Shown piece after piece: positions 1-9,397 of a stretch of DNA of 42,976 nt; position 1 is the first letter of the stretch; each line of letters opens with the position of its first letter. Under the pieces are notes generated by a model, which did no database searches, had not been told where the DNA came from, and saw only the letters and a list, made by a program, of their open reading frames with translations. The position numbers and the translations under genes are program-made. The DNA is from an uncultured Flavobacteriaceae bacterium (GTDB lineage Bacteria > Bacteroidota > Bacteroidia > Flavobacteriales > Flavobacteriaceae): assembly GCA_913031655.1 (NCBI GenBank), contig CAJWFY010000001.1:1-42976 (forward strand). The letters are read 5' to 3'.

Positions 1-53
1 AAGATCATGGAAGTTCTTTATGGTTTAAGAATATTAAAATAAGAAAATTGTGA
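1..53 (+). CDS. 3' end of a DUF1080 (3-keto-disaccharide hydrolase family) protein, 5'-truncated by the window edge
   Basis: Frame +3 reads DHGSSLWFKNIKIRKL then TGA (51-53) and is open to the window edge. This parallels the C-terminus QDHGNPVQFRNIWLRKL of the DUF1080 gene at 80-844 on the opposite strand. Confidence 0.55.
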   Translation, partial: DHGSSLWFKNIKIRKL

Positions 54-79
54 TTAAAGATTGAATCAATCCTGAATTT

Positions 80-844
80 TTACAACTTTCTTAACCAAAT
101 ATTCCTAAACTGAACCGGGTTACCATGATCTTGTAACATAATTGTTTTTTTAAGATTTTCTTTAGGATTTGTGAATGTTCTTAAATATGTTGAGATAACA
201 TCTTTTCCTTTTAGCGGTTTTCCTATATATTCTGTAGTTCCTTTTAATATTACATTATTTTGAACTAAAACTTCGTTATGAAAAACTATTAAGCTTCCAG
301 GCTTTATTTCTTCACCTGGTTTATCATAAATTGGCTCCATGAACACGATATCATAAGTTTGCCACTCACCAGGTCCTTTACTTGCGTTTACTAAAGGAGA
401 GTACTGTTTATAAACTGATGCAGCTTGCCCGTTAGAATAAGTTCTATTGTTATAGCTGTCTAACACTTGAACTTCAAAACGTCTTTGAAATATTACGCCA
501 CTATTACCTCTGCCTTGTCCATTTCCTTTAACATCTTTTGGAGTTTTCCATTCAATATGAAACTGAATAGAACCAAATTCTTCAATTGTTTCTATCCCTC
601 CATCTTGTTTTACAGTCATGGATTTATCATCATTAATGGTCCAATTAGCTATTTTCCCAGATTTAGAATTTTTCCAACTTATCAAATCTGTTCCGTTAAA
701 AAGTATAATTGCATCGCTTGGGGGAGATCCAATTTCCCCTGGGTTTATAACTACAGGCTCAGGTTCCCAAATCTCAGTATCTTGTGGATTAGTTTTTTGA
801 CAGTAAGTCGTTAGTAAGCCTAAAAAAAAGAATATATATTTCAT
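80..844 (-). CDS. Secreted DUF1080 / 3-keto-disaccharide hydrolase family protein
   Basis: Lies in ORF 80-973. The ATG at 844 gives a signal peptide, MKYIFFFLGLLTTYCQ. The 43 codons upstream overlap the 3' end of the neighbouring gene. Family-typical stretches are NWTINDD, GNSGVIFQRRFEVQVLDSYNN and QDHGNPVQFRNIWLRKL. Confidence 0.85.
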   Translation of the reverse strand: MKYIFFFLGLLTTYCQKTNPQDTEIWEPEPVVINPGEIGSPPSDAIILFNGTDLISWKNSKSGKIANWTINDDKSMTVKQDGGIETIEEFGSIQFHIEWKTPKDVKGNGQGRGNSGVIFQRRFEVQVLDSYNNRTYSNGQAASVYKQYSPLVNASKGPGEWQTYDIVFMEPIYDKPGEEIKPGSLIVFHNEVLVQNNVILKGTTEYIGKPLKGKDVISTYLRTFTNPKENLKKTIMLQDHGNPVQFRNIWLRKL

Positions 845-854
845 TGTTATAGCT

Positions 855-2219
855 TTACAAACTCCAACCTTTTCTGTATTCTTTGTGTAATAGGCTGTTT
901 GCTTTTTCGTTATTTTTAAATTTAAATTTTTTAGAATCCCATAATAATTTTTCATTTTTACAACGAATCGCAATCATTCCAAGTAACGCCATTTCAGTTA
1001 AAGGCCCTCCGTAATCAAATGAGGAGCTAGCTGGATTACCATCTTTGCAAGCTCTTATCCAGTCTTTTTCATGAGAAGTATTAACTCTTGGTAAATAGGG
1101 TTTAGGTTGATTGTATTCTAACATTTTTTCTTCAGGAATTATTTTTACTCCACTTGCGCCATGTGAGTCGTGGGTAATTTTACCATTATCTCCAATCAGC
1201 ATTGCCCCGCTCAAAGTGAATTGTTCACCATTTTTAAATTCATCTGGAACAGGAGGTTGAATTCTTCCGTCTGACCATGTAAGTTTTAGTTCTGGATGGT
1301 TTCCTCTTTTTGGAAACTTCATTCTAACAATTGAAGCTGAAGGATAGGTTTGCGACTCTATTTCTGGTATGTAATGTGTTGATGTTGCTTGAATTTCAGA
1401 AGGAGCTCCAAGTTCTAAAGCATAAAATGCGGGGTCTAAAATATGACAGCCCATGTCACCCATTGAGCCAGTTCCAAAATCTATCCAAGCTCTCCAAGAT
1501 AACGGATGATAGTCAGGATGATAATCTCTGTATTTGGCAGGCCCTAGCCATAAATCCCAATCCAAGCCTTCTGGAACTGGAGGTTTTTCTTTAGATTTTG
1601 CTTTAACAGCAAAAGTGTCCCAAGCGTTTCCTCCAATTGGACGATCAGTCCAAGCAAACAATTCTCTGACTGGACCAATAGCACCATCATCTATCCATTC
1701 TTTAAGTTTTCTTATTTCATCAGATGATCTGCCTTGATTACCCATTTGAGTTTGTACTTTATATTTCCTAGCAGCTTCTGTGATAACTCTTGCTTCATAA
1801 ACTGTATGAGTTAAAGGCTTTTGACAATAAACATGTTTCCCCATTTTCATAGCCATCATTGTTATTACGGCGTGGCTGTGATCGGGAGTTGCTACTACAA
1901 CAGCATCTATATCTTTTTGATTTTCTAGCATTATTCTGAAATCATTATAGACTTTCGCTTTAGGGTATTTATTAAAAGTATGAACAGATCGGTTATAATC
2001 TACATCACATAGAGCTACTATATTTTCGCTTTCACACTGCGATAAATTTCCAGATCCCATCCCCCATTGTCTTATGCCAATTCCAGCAATATTCAATTTA
2101 TCACTTGGAGACGTAAAGCCTTCCCCACCTAAAACATGCCTAGGAACAATCATTATTGAGGGAATTACAATGGATTTTTTTAAAAATTTTCTTCTAGAAT
2201 TATCATTACGTAATATCAT
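855..2219 (-). CDS. Tat-exported Gfo/Idh/MocA family oxidoreductase
   Basis: The N-terminus carries SRRKFLK followed by a hydrophobic stretch (twin-arginine signal). Rossmann-region motifs are IAGIGI, VALCDVD, ATPDHSHA and VYCQKPLTH. It is a paralogue of 2435-3784. Confidence 0.9.
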   Translation of the reverse strand: MILRNDNSRRKFLKKSIVIPSIMIVPRHVLGGEGFTSPSDKLNIAGIGIRQWGMGSGNLSQCESENIVALCDVDYNRSVHTFNKYPKAKVYNDFRIMLENQKDIDAVVVATPDHSHAVITMMAMKMGKHVYCQKPLTHTVYEARVITEAARKYKVQTQMGNQGRSSDEIRKLKEWIDDGAIGPVRELFAWTDRPIGGNAWDTFAVKAKSKEKPPVPEGLDWDLWLGPAKYRDYHPDYHPLSWRAWIDFGTGSMGDMGCHILDPAFYALELGAPSEIQATSTHYIPEIESQTYPSASIVRMKFPKRGNHPELKLTWSDGRIQPPVPDEFKNGEQFTLSGAMLIGDNGKITHDSHGASGVKIIPEEKMLEYNQPKPYLPRVNTSHEKDWIRACKDGNPASSSFDYGGPLTEMALLGMIAIRCKNEKLLWDSKKFKFKNNEKANSLLHKEYRKGWSL

Positions 2220-2434
2220 TTTTCAATAGTTTAATATATGTTGTCATATTAAATTTAAAAGAATTAATTATTTTAAGCAAGGAATTGTATTAAGAATTGG
2301 AATTTAAACATTTAAATAAAGAATATGATTAATAGTTGTTTTCACATACTTATATTTAATATAAAGTATTTGATCTTTTTTATTGTAAAATTAAATAGTT
2401 TTTTAACTAACTTTATTTAAAGACTATATTTATT

Positions 2435-3784
2435 ATGGACAGTAAAACAAGAAGAAATTTTATAAAATCATCAGCAGCATTGGCTTCTTTAAGTATTTTA
2501 CCGACATCAGTTTGGGCATCTTCAAAAAACGGAAGATTAAGGACGGCCCACATAGGGATTGGAGGTATGGGTGCAGCTGATCTAAATGATATATCATCTC
2601 ACAAATCAGTAGATGTTGTAGCTCTATGTGATGTAGATTCTAACGCATTAAAGAGTGCTAGTAAATTACATCCTAATGCTAAATTATTTAGAGATTATAG
2701 GTTGATGTTTAAGGAAATGAGCAATTCTTTTGATGCAGTTATAATATCTACCCCCGACCATACTCACGCTCCCGCTTCTATGATGGCTATGGAAATGAAT
2801 AAATCTGTTTATTGTCAAAAACCTTTAACTCATCATGTTAGTGAAGCTAGAGCAATGCGAAAAATTGCTGCTGAAAAAAATCTAATAACTCAAATGGGGA
2901 TTCAAGTTCATTCATTTTACGATTATAAATTAGCCACTTTGTTAATTCAATCAGGCATTATTGGAAAAGTAAGTTCAGTTAGAGCTTGGTCTCCAAAAAA
3001 TTGGGGACGCGATGGATCCATCTCAAAAGGTGAAGATTCAATTCCTGAAAATTTAGATTGGAATTTATGGCTTGGAACAGCTTCTAATCGCGCATATAAA
3101 GATAAAATTTATCACCCTGCTAACTGGAGAAAACTAGTTGATTTTGGATGTGGAACTCTTGGAGATATGGGAGTACATATTTTTGATACACCTTATAATG
3201 CTTTGGAATTAGATGTTCCTTTAACTATTAAAAATAATTGTAGAAAACCTAATCAATTTGGATTTCCTGAAAACAACAAAGTAACCTATGAATTTCCAGG
3301 GACTAAATATACTACCGAATCTTTTAAATGGATATGGAATGACGGTCCAGGAGCTCCTAAAACTCATAAAGATTTAAAGCTTCCAAATAATGAAAAATTA
3401 CCTTTGCAAGGTGCCATGTTTATTGGAGAGAAAGGAAGGTTTCTTCTTCCACATTTCATGGAATTACCTAAGCTAATTGTAGATGGAAAATTTAAAAATA
3501 TAGACATTTCTTCTTTAGAAAAATCAGGGAAGATAACCGATAAGCCTATTAGAGATTATGGAGCAGAATCTCACTTACATTATCACCAATTTGTTGATGC
3601 CTGTCTAGGGAATGATAAATGTTCCGCACCATTTTCCTACTCAGCGAGGCTTACCGAAACTATTTTACTAGGAGTGATTGCAGGAAGGTTTCCAGGAAAA
3701 ACTCTTCACTGGGACAATAAAACAGCAAGGTTTAAAGAAGAAAAAGCCAATAAATTTTTAAACGGCACTTATAGAGATTTTTAA
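2435..3784 (+). CDS. Tat-exported Gfo/Idh/MocA family oxidoreductase (paralogue of 855-2219)
   Basis: Tat signal TRRNFIKSSAALASLSIL. It shares VALCDVD, STPDHTHA, VYCQKPLTH, LDWNLWLG and GDMGVHIFD with the divergently transcribed neighbour. Confidence 0.9.
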   Translation: MDSKTRRNFIKSSAALASLSILPTSVWASSKNGRLRTAHIGIGGMGAADLNDISSHKSVDVVALCDVDSNALKSASKLHPNAKLFRDYRLMFKEMSNSFDAVIISTPDHTHAPASMMAMEMNKSVYCQKPLTHHVSEARAMRKIAAEKNLITQMGIQVHSFYDYKLATLLIQSGIIGKVSSVRAWSPKNWGRDGSISKGEDSIPENLDWNLWLGTASNRAYKDKIYHPANWRKLVDFGCGTLGDMGVHIFDTPYNALELDVPLTIKNNCRKPNQFGFPENNKVTYEFPGTKYTTESFKWIWNDGPGAPKTHKDLKLPNNEKLPLQGAMFIGEKGRFLLPHFMELPKLIVDGKFKNIDISSLEKSGKITDKPIRDYGAESHLHYHQFVDACLGNDKCSAPFSYSARLTETILLGVIAGRFPGKTLHWDNKTARFKEEKANKFLNGTYRDF

Positions 3785-3804
3785 ATTATTTAAATTTAAA
3801 CTAG

Positions 3805-4761
3805 ATGAAAAAAGTGTTATTTATACTATTGTTTAATTTAAGTTTCGGACAAAATAATTTCAACTCTTACAATCAATTAATAGCTGGAAAAAATTATAAA
3901 TTAGAAATGATTCCTATTTCTTCTGGAAATTTTTTGATGGGGAGTCCTAATTCAGAAAAAAATAGGTTAGCTGATGAAGGCCCTCAAAACATTATTAATA
4001 TAGATTCTTTTTGGATGGCTAAGTACGAAACTACTTGGGATCTGTATCACCTTTTTATGAGACGAACAATTGATGAAATTCAACCTAGTTTTGATTCAAA
4101 AAATGAAGTTAACTTGGATGTAGATGGAGTTTCTGGAGCTACAACTCCTTATGTTGAAATGAGTTTTGGAATGGGTAAAGATGGTTATCCAGCAATATCT
4201 ATGACTCAACTTGCTGCAAAAAAATTTTGTGAATGGCTTTCTGCTATGACAGGAAATTTCTATAGGCTTCCAACTGAAGCGGAGTGGGAATACGCTTGTA
4301 GAGCAAACTCTAAAACAGCTTATTCATTTGGAGAAAATCCAAAATTATTAAAACAATATGCTTGGTATAAAGAAAATAGTGAAGAGAAGTACCATAAAGT
4401 AGGAACGAAGAAGCCAAACAAATGGGGACTTTATGATATGCATGGTAATGTTTCAGAATGGACCTTAGATCAATATAATTCTAAAGTATATTATAAATAT
4501 TCAATAACAAATACTACTAATCCATATGAAAAACCTACTAAATTATATCCTAGAGTAGTAAGGGGAGGATCTTGGATGAGTTCAAGTTATAAACTTAGAA
4601 GCGCATCAAGACAAGTATCATCTAAGCAATGGAAAAAACAAGACCCTCAAATACCAAGAAGTCTTTGGTGGCATACTGACGCTCAGTTTGTAGGGTTTCG
4701 AGTTGTTAGACCAAAAACTACTCCATCATTAAAAAAAAAAGAGGAGTATTGGAATGATTAA
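3805..4761 (+). CDS. Secreted FGE-sulfatase fold protein (SUMF1/EgtB/PvdO family) lacking the catalytic Cys pair
   Basis: Sec signal MKKVLFILLFNLSFGQ. Family motifs are RLPTEAEWEYACR, WGLYDMHGNVSEWT and RVVRGGSW. Where a true FGE has C-x-x-x-x-C, the sequence reads MSSSYKLRSASR. Confidence 0.85.
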   Translation: MKKVLFILLFNLSFGQNNFNSYNQLIAGKNYKLEMIPISSGNFLMGSPNSEKNRLADEGPQNIINIDSFWMAKYETTWDLYHLFMRRTIDEIQPSFDSKNEVNLDVDGVSGATTPYVEMSFGMGKDGYPAISMTQLAAKKFCEWLSAMTGNFYRLPTEAEWEYACRANSKTAYSFGENPKLLKQYAWYKENSEEKYHKVGTKKPNKWGLYDMHGNVSEWTLDQYNSKVYYKYSITNTTNPYEKPTKLYPRVVRGGSWMSSSYKLRSASRQVSSKQWKKQDPQIPRSLWWHTDAQFVGFRVVRPKTTPSLKKKEEYWND

Positions 4762-4778
4762 AACTTAAATAAATTGTT

Positions 4779-5696
4779 ATGGAAAGAAGAAACTTTATAC
4801 TTAATACCTCATTAGCGTCAGCAGGCATTTTATCAGTTAATTCAGTATTTTCTAATCCAATGAAAATCAAAAAACATAAGTTTAATTTAAATTATGCGCC
4901 ACACTTAGGGATGTTTAAGCAACATGCAGGATCAGACCCGATGGATCAATTAAGGTTTATGTTAGAACAGGGATTTACAGCCTTTGAAGATAATAACATG
5001 AAAAAAAGAGATGTAGAGGTTCAAAATAAAATAGGTGCATTTATATTGAAAAATAACATGAAAATGGGAGTTTTCGTAGGACATACTATTAATTGGAAAC
5101 AACCTAATCTGGCCAGTGGAAGTAAAGAAAAAAGATTGGAATTTTTATCAGAAATCCAATCTTCAATTGAAGTTGCTAAAAGGGTAAATGCGAAATGGAT
5201 GACAGTGGTGCCTGGGCATGTAGATTTAAGATTAAATATGGGTTATCAAACCTCTAATGTCATAGAAAGTTTAAAACAAGCATCAGGGTTATTGGAGCCT
5301 CATGGATTAAAAATGGTTTTAGAGCCACTCAATTTTAGAGATCATCCAGGACTATTTTTAACTAAAAGCCCTCAGGCTTATGAAATTTGTAAAGCAGTTA
5401 GCTCTCCATCTTGTAAAATTTTATTTGATATTTATCATCAGCAAATCCAGGAGGGAAACTTAATACCAAATATTGAAGCATGTTGGGATGAAATTGATTA
5501 TTTTCAAATAGGGGATAACCCTGGTAGAAATGAGCCAACAACTGGAGAAATAAATTATAAGAATATTTTTAAATATATTTATAATAAAGGTTTTAACGGG
5601 ATAATGGGAATGGAACACGGAAATTCAAGCCCTAACAAAACAGGTGAACAAGCTGTTATTAATGCTTATAGAGAAACAGATAACTTTTTAATTTAA
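4779..5696 (+). CDS. Tat-exported sugar phosphate isomerase/epimerase (xylose isomerase-like TIM barrel, hydroxypyruvate-isomerase-like)
   Basis: Tat signal MERRNFILNTSLASAGIL. Metal-ligand-type motifs of the AP-endonuclease-2/xylose-isomerase barrel are VLEPLN, LFDIYHQQ and MGMEHG. Confidence 0.8.
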   Translation: MERRNFILNTSLASAGILSVNSVFSNPMKIKKHKFNLNYAPHLGMFKQHAGSDPMDQLRFMLEQGFTAFEDNNMKKRDVEVQNKIGAFILKNNMKMGVFVGHTINWKQPNLASGSKEKRLEFLSEIQSSIEVAKRVNAKWMTVVPGHVDLRLNMGYQTSNVIESLKQASGLLEPHGLKMVLEPLNFRDHPGLFLTKSPQAYEICKAVSSPSCKILFDIYHQQIQEGNLIPNIEACWDEIDYFQIGDNPGRNEPTTGEINYKNIFKYIYNKGFNGIMGMEHGNSSPNKTGEQAVINAYRETDNFLI

Positions 5697-5701
5697 TCAT
5701 T

Positions 5702-7015
5702 ATGAAAAACAAACTAAATAGACGCTCTTTTGTTAAGTCAGCTAGTTTAACTAGTGGTGCACTTCTGACTGTTCCATTTTCATTAGAATCAATGGCAAAC
5801 AGTTCAACTGATAAAAAAATTAAACTCGCTCTTATAGGGTGCGGAGGAAGAGGGACCGGAGCAGCTGTTCAAGCTCTTAGAGCTGACAAGGGGGTTGAGC
5901 TTGTAGCCATGGCTGATGCATTTTCGGATCAAATAGAAAATAGTTTAAAAGCTATTTCTGAAGAGTTAGATGGGGAGAGGATAATTAAGGTTAAAGAAAA
6001 AAATCGATACTCAGGTTTTAATGCCTACCAAAAAGCCATTGATTTAGCAGATGTTGTGATATTAACAACTCCACCTGGATTCAGACCTTTACATTTTGAA
6101 TATGCTGTAAATAATGATAAACATGTTTTTATGGAAAAACCAGTTGCTACTGACGCTATCGGGATTAGAAAAGTGTTAAAGGCAGCTAAATTAGCAGAAA
6201 ATAAAAAATTAAATGTAGTTGTGGGTCTTCAAAGGAGATATCAAAAAAGCTACAATACAATAATTGATTTAATAGGTAATGGAGATATCGGAAAAATAGT
6301 TTCAGGTCAAGTTTATTGGAATAGTGCTGGTGTCTGGGTTAGAAAGAGAAAAGCTGGTCAGACTGAAATGGAATATCAAATGAGAAATTGGTATTATTTT
6401 AACTGGCTTTGTGGAGATCATATTTTAGAGCAACACATTCACAATATTGATGTCGCAAATTGGTTTATTGGTGAATATCCAAAGTCAGCTCAAGGGATGG
6501 GTGGGCGACAGGTTAGAAAAGGCATTGATCATGGGGAAATTTTTGATCATCATTTTGTAGAATTTACATACCCAAGTGGTGCAGTAATTTCAAGTCAGTG
6601 TAGACATCAACCTGGCACTAAGTCTAATGTAAGTGAAGTTTTTCAAGGAACTAAAGCTAGTGTAATTACATCTGGAAATAATTGTAAAATTATTGGTAAC
6701 AAAGGAAATGAATTATTTAAGTATGATTCTAAAGGAGATGAAAGTCCTTATCAAATCGAACACAATAAGTTGTTTGAATCTATTAGATCCGGAAAAGTAA
6801 TTAATAATGCAGAATATGCAGCGAAAACAACATTAACAGCTATTATGGGTAGAATGGCGACTTATACTGGAAAAGAGATTACATGGGACCAAGCACTAAA
6901 TTCAAAACAAGTTCTTGTTCCGGATAACTTAAGCTGGGATTCTATTCCTCCAGTGTTACCTGATTCAAAAGGAAGGTATGCCATACCTATTCCTGGAGTA
7001 ACTAAGATAACTTAA
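5702..7015 (+). CDS. Tat-exported Gfo/Idh/MocA family oxidoreductase (inositol-dehydrogenase-like)
   Basis: Tat signal NRRSFVKSASLTSGALL. Rossmann motif LALIGCGGRG and the canonical EKPVA motif are present, with a C-terminal alpha/beta domain. The start lies 5 nt after the previous gene. Confidence 0.9.
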   Translation: MKNKLNRRSFVKSASLTSGALLTVPFSLESMANSSTDKKIKLALIGCGGRGTGAAVQALRADKGVELVAMADAFSDQIENSLKAISEELDGERIIKVKEKNRYSGFNAYQKAIDLADVVILTTPPGFRPLHFEYAVNNDKHVFMEKPVATDAIGIRKVLKAAKLAENKKLNVVVGLQRRYQKSYNTIIDLIGNGDIGKIVSGQVYWNSAGVWVRKRKAGQTEMEYQMRNWYYFNWLCGDHILEQHIHNIDVANWFIGEYPKSAQGMGGRQVRKGIDHGEIFDHHFVEFTYPSGAVISSQCRHQPGTKSNVSEVFQGTKASVITSGNNCKIIGNKGNELFKYDSKGDESPYQIEHNKLFESIRSGKVINNAEYAAKTTLTAIMGRMATYTGKEITWDQALNSKQVLVPDNLSWDSIPPVLPDSKGRYAIPIPGVTKIT

Positions 7016-7016
7016 T

Positions 7017-7922
7017 ATGAAAAATTATATAATAGTTATTTTCATGTTTTTAATAACTGTTAGTTGTCAAACAGAAGATAATTCCGAAGGGGTTATTAAA
7101 GAAGAAAAATGGACAACTAAAAGTTTTGTTTTAAAACATAATGGATTAGATAGAAGCTATATTTTACATAAACCAGATGGTTTTCAAATCAATGCTCCTC
7201 TATTGTTTGTTTTACATGGATTCACTAGTTCATCGAATACTATAATGACTTATTCTCAAATGAATAAAATTGCTGATCAGAACGGTTTTATGATTTGTTA
7301 TCCACAAGGAACTACTTTAGCTACTGGGCAGACACATTGGAATGCTAATTTACAAATGAGTACGATTAATGATATTGATTTTTTAGCTCAATTGGCAATT
7401 AAATTGCAAAAAGAATATAATATTAATCCTACGAATACTTTTGCATCTGGAATGTCTAATGGTGGATTTATGTCATATACACTTGGTTGTGAAAAATCAA
7501 ATGTATTTAAGGCTATTGCTTCTGTCACTGGAACAATGAGTGGATATGATTGGAATAACTGTAATCCTTCAAATAAAATTCCTGTTTTACAAATTTCTGG
7601 AACTAAAGATGTTACAGTTCCGTGGGATGGAACTATGTCAGAGGCTTATGGTTGGGGTGGCGCTCCTCATATCAATAAAGTCATGGATTATTGGGCTGAA
7701 CTTAATGCTTGTAATGTGGATGAAATAATAAATTTTCCTGATATAGATCCTTCTGATTCCTCTACCGTTTCTTTAACTAAAAGAAAAGGCAGTAGTTATA
7801 ATAATGAAATTTGGTTTTATACTGTAACTGGGGGCGGACACGATTGGCCAGGTGCTTTTGGAAATAAAGATATTAATGCATCTGAAGAAATTTGGAAATT
7901 TTTCAAACAACACTTAAAGTAA
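7017..7922 (+). CDS. Lipoprotein esterase, PHB-depolymerase/feruloyl-esterase (LpqC-like) alpha/beta hydrolase
   Basis: Lipobox-like signal FLITVSC. Nucleophile elbow GMSNGGFM. Candidate acid and His residues in SGTKDVTVPW and GGGHDWPG. The start overlaps the previous stop region (7015/7017). Confidence 0.75.
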   Translation: MKNYIIVIFMFLITVSCQTEDNSEGVIKEEKWTTKSFVLKHNGLDRSYILHKPDGFQINAPLLFVLHGFTSSSNTIMTYSQMNKIADQNGFMICYPQGTTLATGQTHWNANLQMSTINDIDFLAQLAIKLQKEYNINPTNTFASGMSNGGFMSYTLGCEKSNVFKAIASVTGTMSGYDWNNCNPSNKIPVLQISGTKDVTVPWDGTMSEAYGWGGAPHINKVMDYWAELNACNVDEIINFPDIDPSDSSTVSLTKRKGSSYNNEIWFYTVTGGGHDWPGAFGNKDINASEEIWKFFKQHLK

Positions 7923-7925
7923 AGT

Positions 7926-9392
7926 TTAAACCAATAAACTTTTCTTTACTTCTCCATGAACATCTGTTAGTCTAAATCTTCTTCCCTGATGTTTGTAAAT
8001 CATTTTAGTGTGATCTATACCAAATTGATTCAATATAGTAGCTTGTAAGTCATGAACGTGGACAGGATTTTTAACAATATTATAGCCAATGTCATCTGTT
8101 TCTCCATAACTAAAACCGGGTTTAACACCAGCTCCAGCCATAAAAACAGTAAATGATCTTGGATGATGATCTCTACCGTAAACGGTATCACTTAAAGCCC
8201 CTTGACAGTAATTAGTTCTTCCGAATTCTCCACCCCAAACTATTAAAGTATCTTCGAGTAAACCCCTTTGTTTTAAGTCCATAATTAACGCAGCAGTAGG
8301 TTGGTCCACATCGCTAGATTGACCTTTGATTTGATTAGGTAAATTTTCGTGTTGATCCCAACCCATGTGATATAATTGAACAAATCTTACATCTTTTTCG
8401 ATTAACCTTCTTGCTTGAATACAATTGGCGGCATATGTTCCAGGCTTTTGAGCATCTGGACCATACATTTTAAGAATATGATCAGGTTCCTTGGAGATAT
8501 CCATTGTTTCTGGAACAGAAGTTTGCATTCTATAGGCCATTTCATATTGAGCTATTCTGTTATTTATTTCTGGATCTCCAAAAGAAGCTTCTTGCTCGTG
8601 ATTTAATTCAGCTAAATAATCTAACATTTTTCTTCTTTCAAGTGCTGAAACACCTTCAGGATTTTTAAGATACAAAACAGGGTCTTTAGCGGATCTAAAT
8701 TGTACACCTTGATGTAAGGAACTTAAAAATCCATTTCCCCATAACCTTGAATACAAAGGTTGACCCTTGGGTCTTCCAGTGCCATTTGATAAAAGGACTA
8801 CAAAAGAGGGGAGATTATTGTTTAAACTTCCTAGCCCGTAACTCATCCAAGAACCCATACTAGGTCTTCCAGGCTGCTGAGATCCTGTTTGAAAAAATGT
8901 TATCGCAGGATCATGATTAATTGCATCAGTATGCATTGACTTTACAAAGCACAATTCATCAGCTATTTTTCCAACATACGGCATTAAGTCACTAACCCAT
9001 GCTCTAGATTCTCCATATTGTTTAAAATTATAAACACTACCAACTAGAGGGAATTTTGCTTGACCTGATGTCATTCCCGTTAATCTTTGTCCTTTTCTTA
9101 TAGATTCTGGTAAATCAGTTCCCCTTAACTGATTCAATTTAGGTTTGTAATCAAATAAATCTAACTGTGAGGGCCCTCCACTTTGAAATAAGTAAATAAT
9201 TCTTTTAGCTTTAGGAGCAAAATGAGGGAGGTTTAAAGAGTTGTTTCCTAACGCAGAAAAAGGGTCGTTAGATTTACCGAAATTTAACGGATCCATCATT
9301 GATCCTAGTGCTAATCCCCCAATGCCAAGACCTGCTTTTTTTAAAAAGTTTCTTCTATTGTTATTTAAAAAATGTTTATGAATTTCTTCCAT
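7926..9392 (-). CDS. Tat-exported DUF1501 protein (sulfatase/alkaline-phosphatase superfamily-like)
   Basis: Tat signal NRRNFLKKAGLGIGGLALGS. DUF1501-typical blocks are FQSGGPSQLDLFDYKP, MHTDAINHDP, WGGEFGRT and GRDHHP. There is no C-x-P-x-R sulfatase signature. Confidence 0.9.
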   Translation of the reverse strand: MEEIHKHFLNNNRRNFLKKAGLGIGGLALGSMMDPLNFGKSNDPFSALGNNSLNLPHFAPKAKRIIYLFQSGGPSQLDLFDYKPKLNQLRGTDLPESIRKGQRLTGMTSGQAKFPLVGSVYNFKQYGESRAWVSDLMPYVGKIADELCFVKSMHTDAINHDPAITFFQTGSQQPGRPSMGSWMSYGLGSLNNNLPSFVVLLSNGTGRPKGQPLYSRLWGNGFLSSLHQGVQFRSAKDPVLYLKNPEGVSALERRKMLDYLAELNHEQEASFGDPEINNRIAQYEMAYRMQTSVPETMDISKEPDHILKMYGPDAQKPGTYAANCIQARRLIEKDVRFVQLYHMGWDQHENLPNQIKGQSSDVDQPTAALIMDLKQRGLLEDTLIVWGGEFGRTNYCQGALSDTVYGRDHHPRSFTVFMAGAGVKPGFSYGETDDIGYNIVKNPVHVHDLQATILNQFGIDHTKMIYKHQGRRFRLTDVHGEVKKSLLV

Positions 9393-9397
9393 AAAAT

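Noticed and set aside
845-973. The N-terminal 43-codon extension of the DUF1080 ORF.
   Set aside because: It overlaps the 3' end of the upstream oxidoreductase gene by 119 nt. The internal ATG at 844 starts a proper signal peptide.
4731-4740. An A10 homopolymer near the 3' end of the FGE-fold gene, considered as a possible slipped-strand phase-variation tract.
   Set aside because: It encodes KKK only 6 codons before the stop, so a frameshift would alter just the extreme C-terminus. A-runs are expected in DNA this AT-rich.
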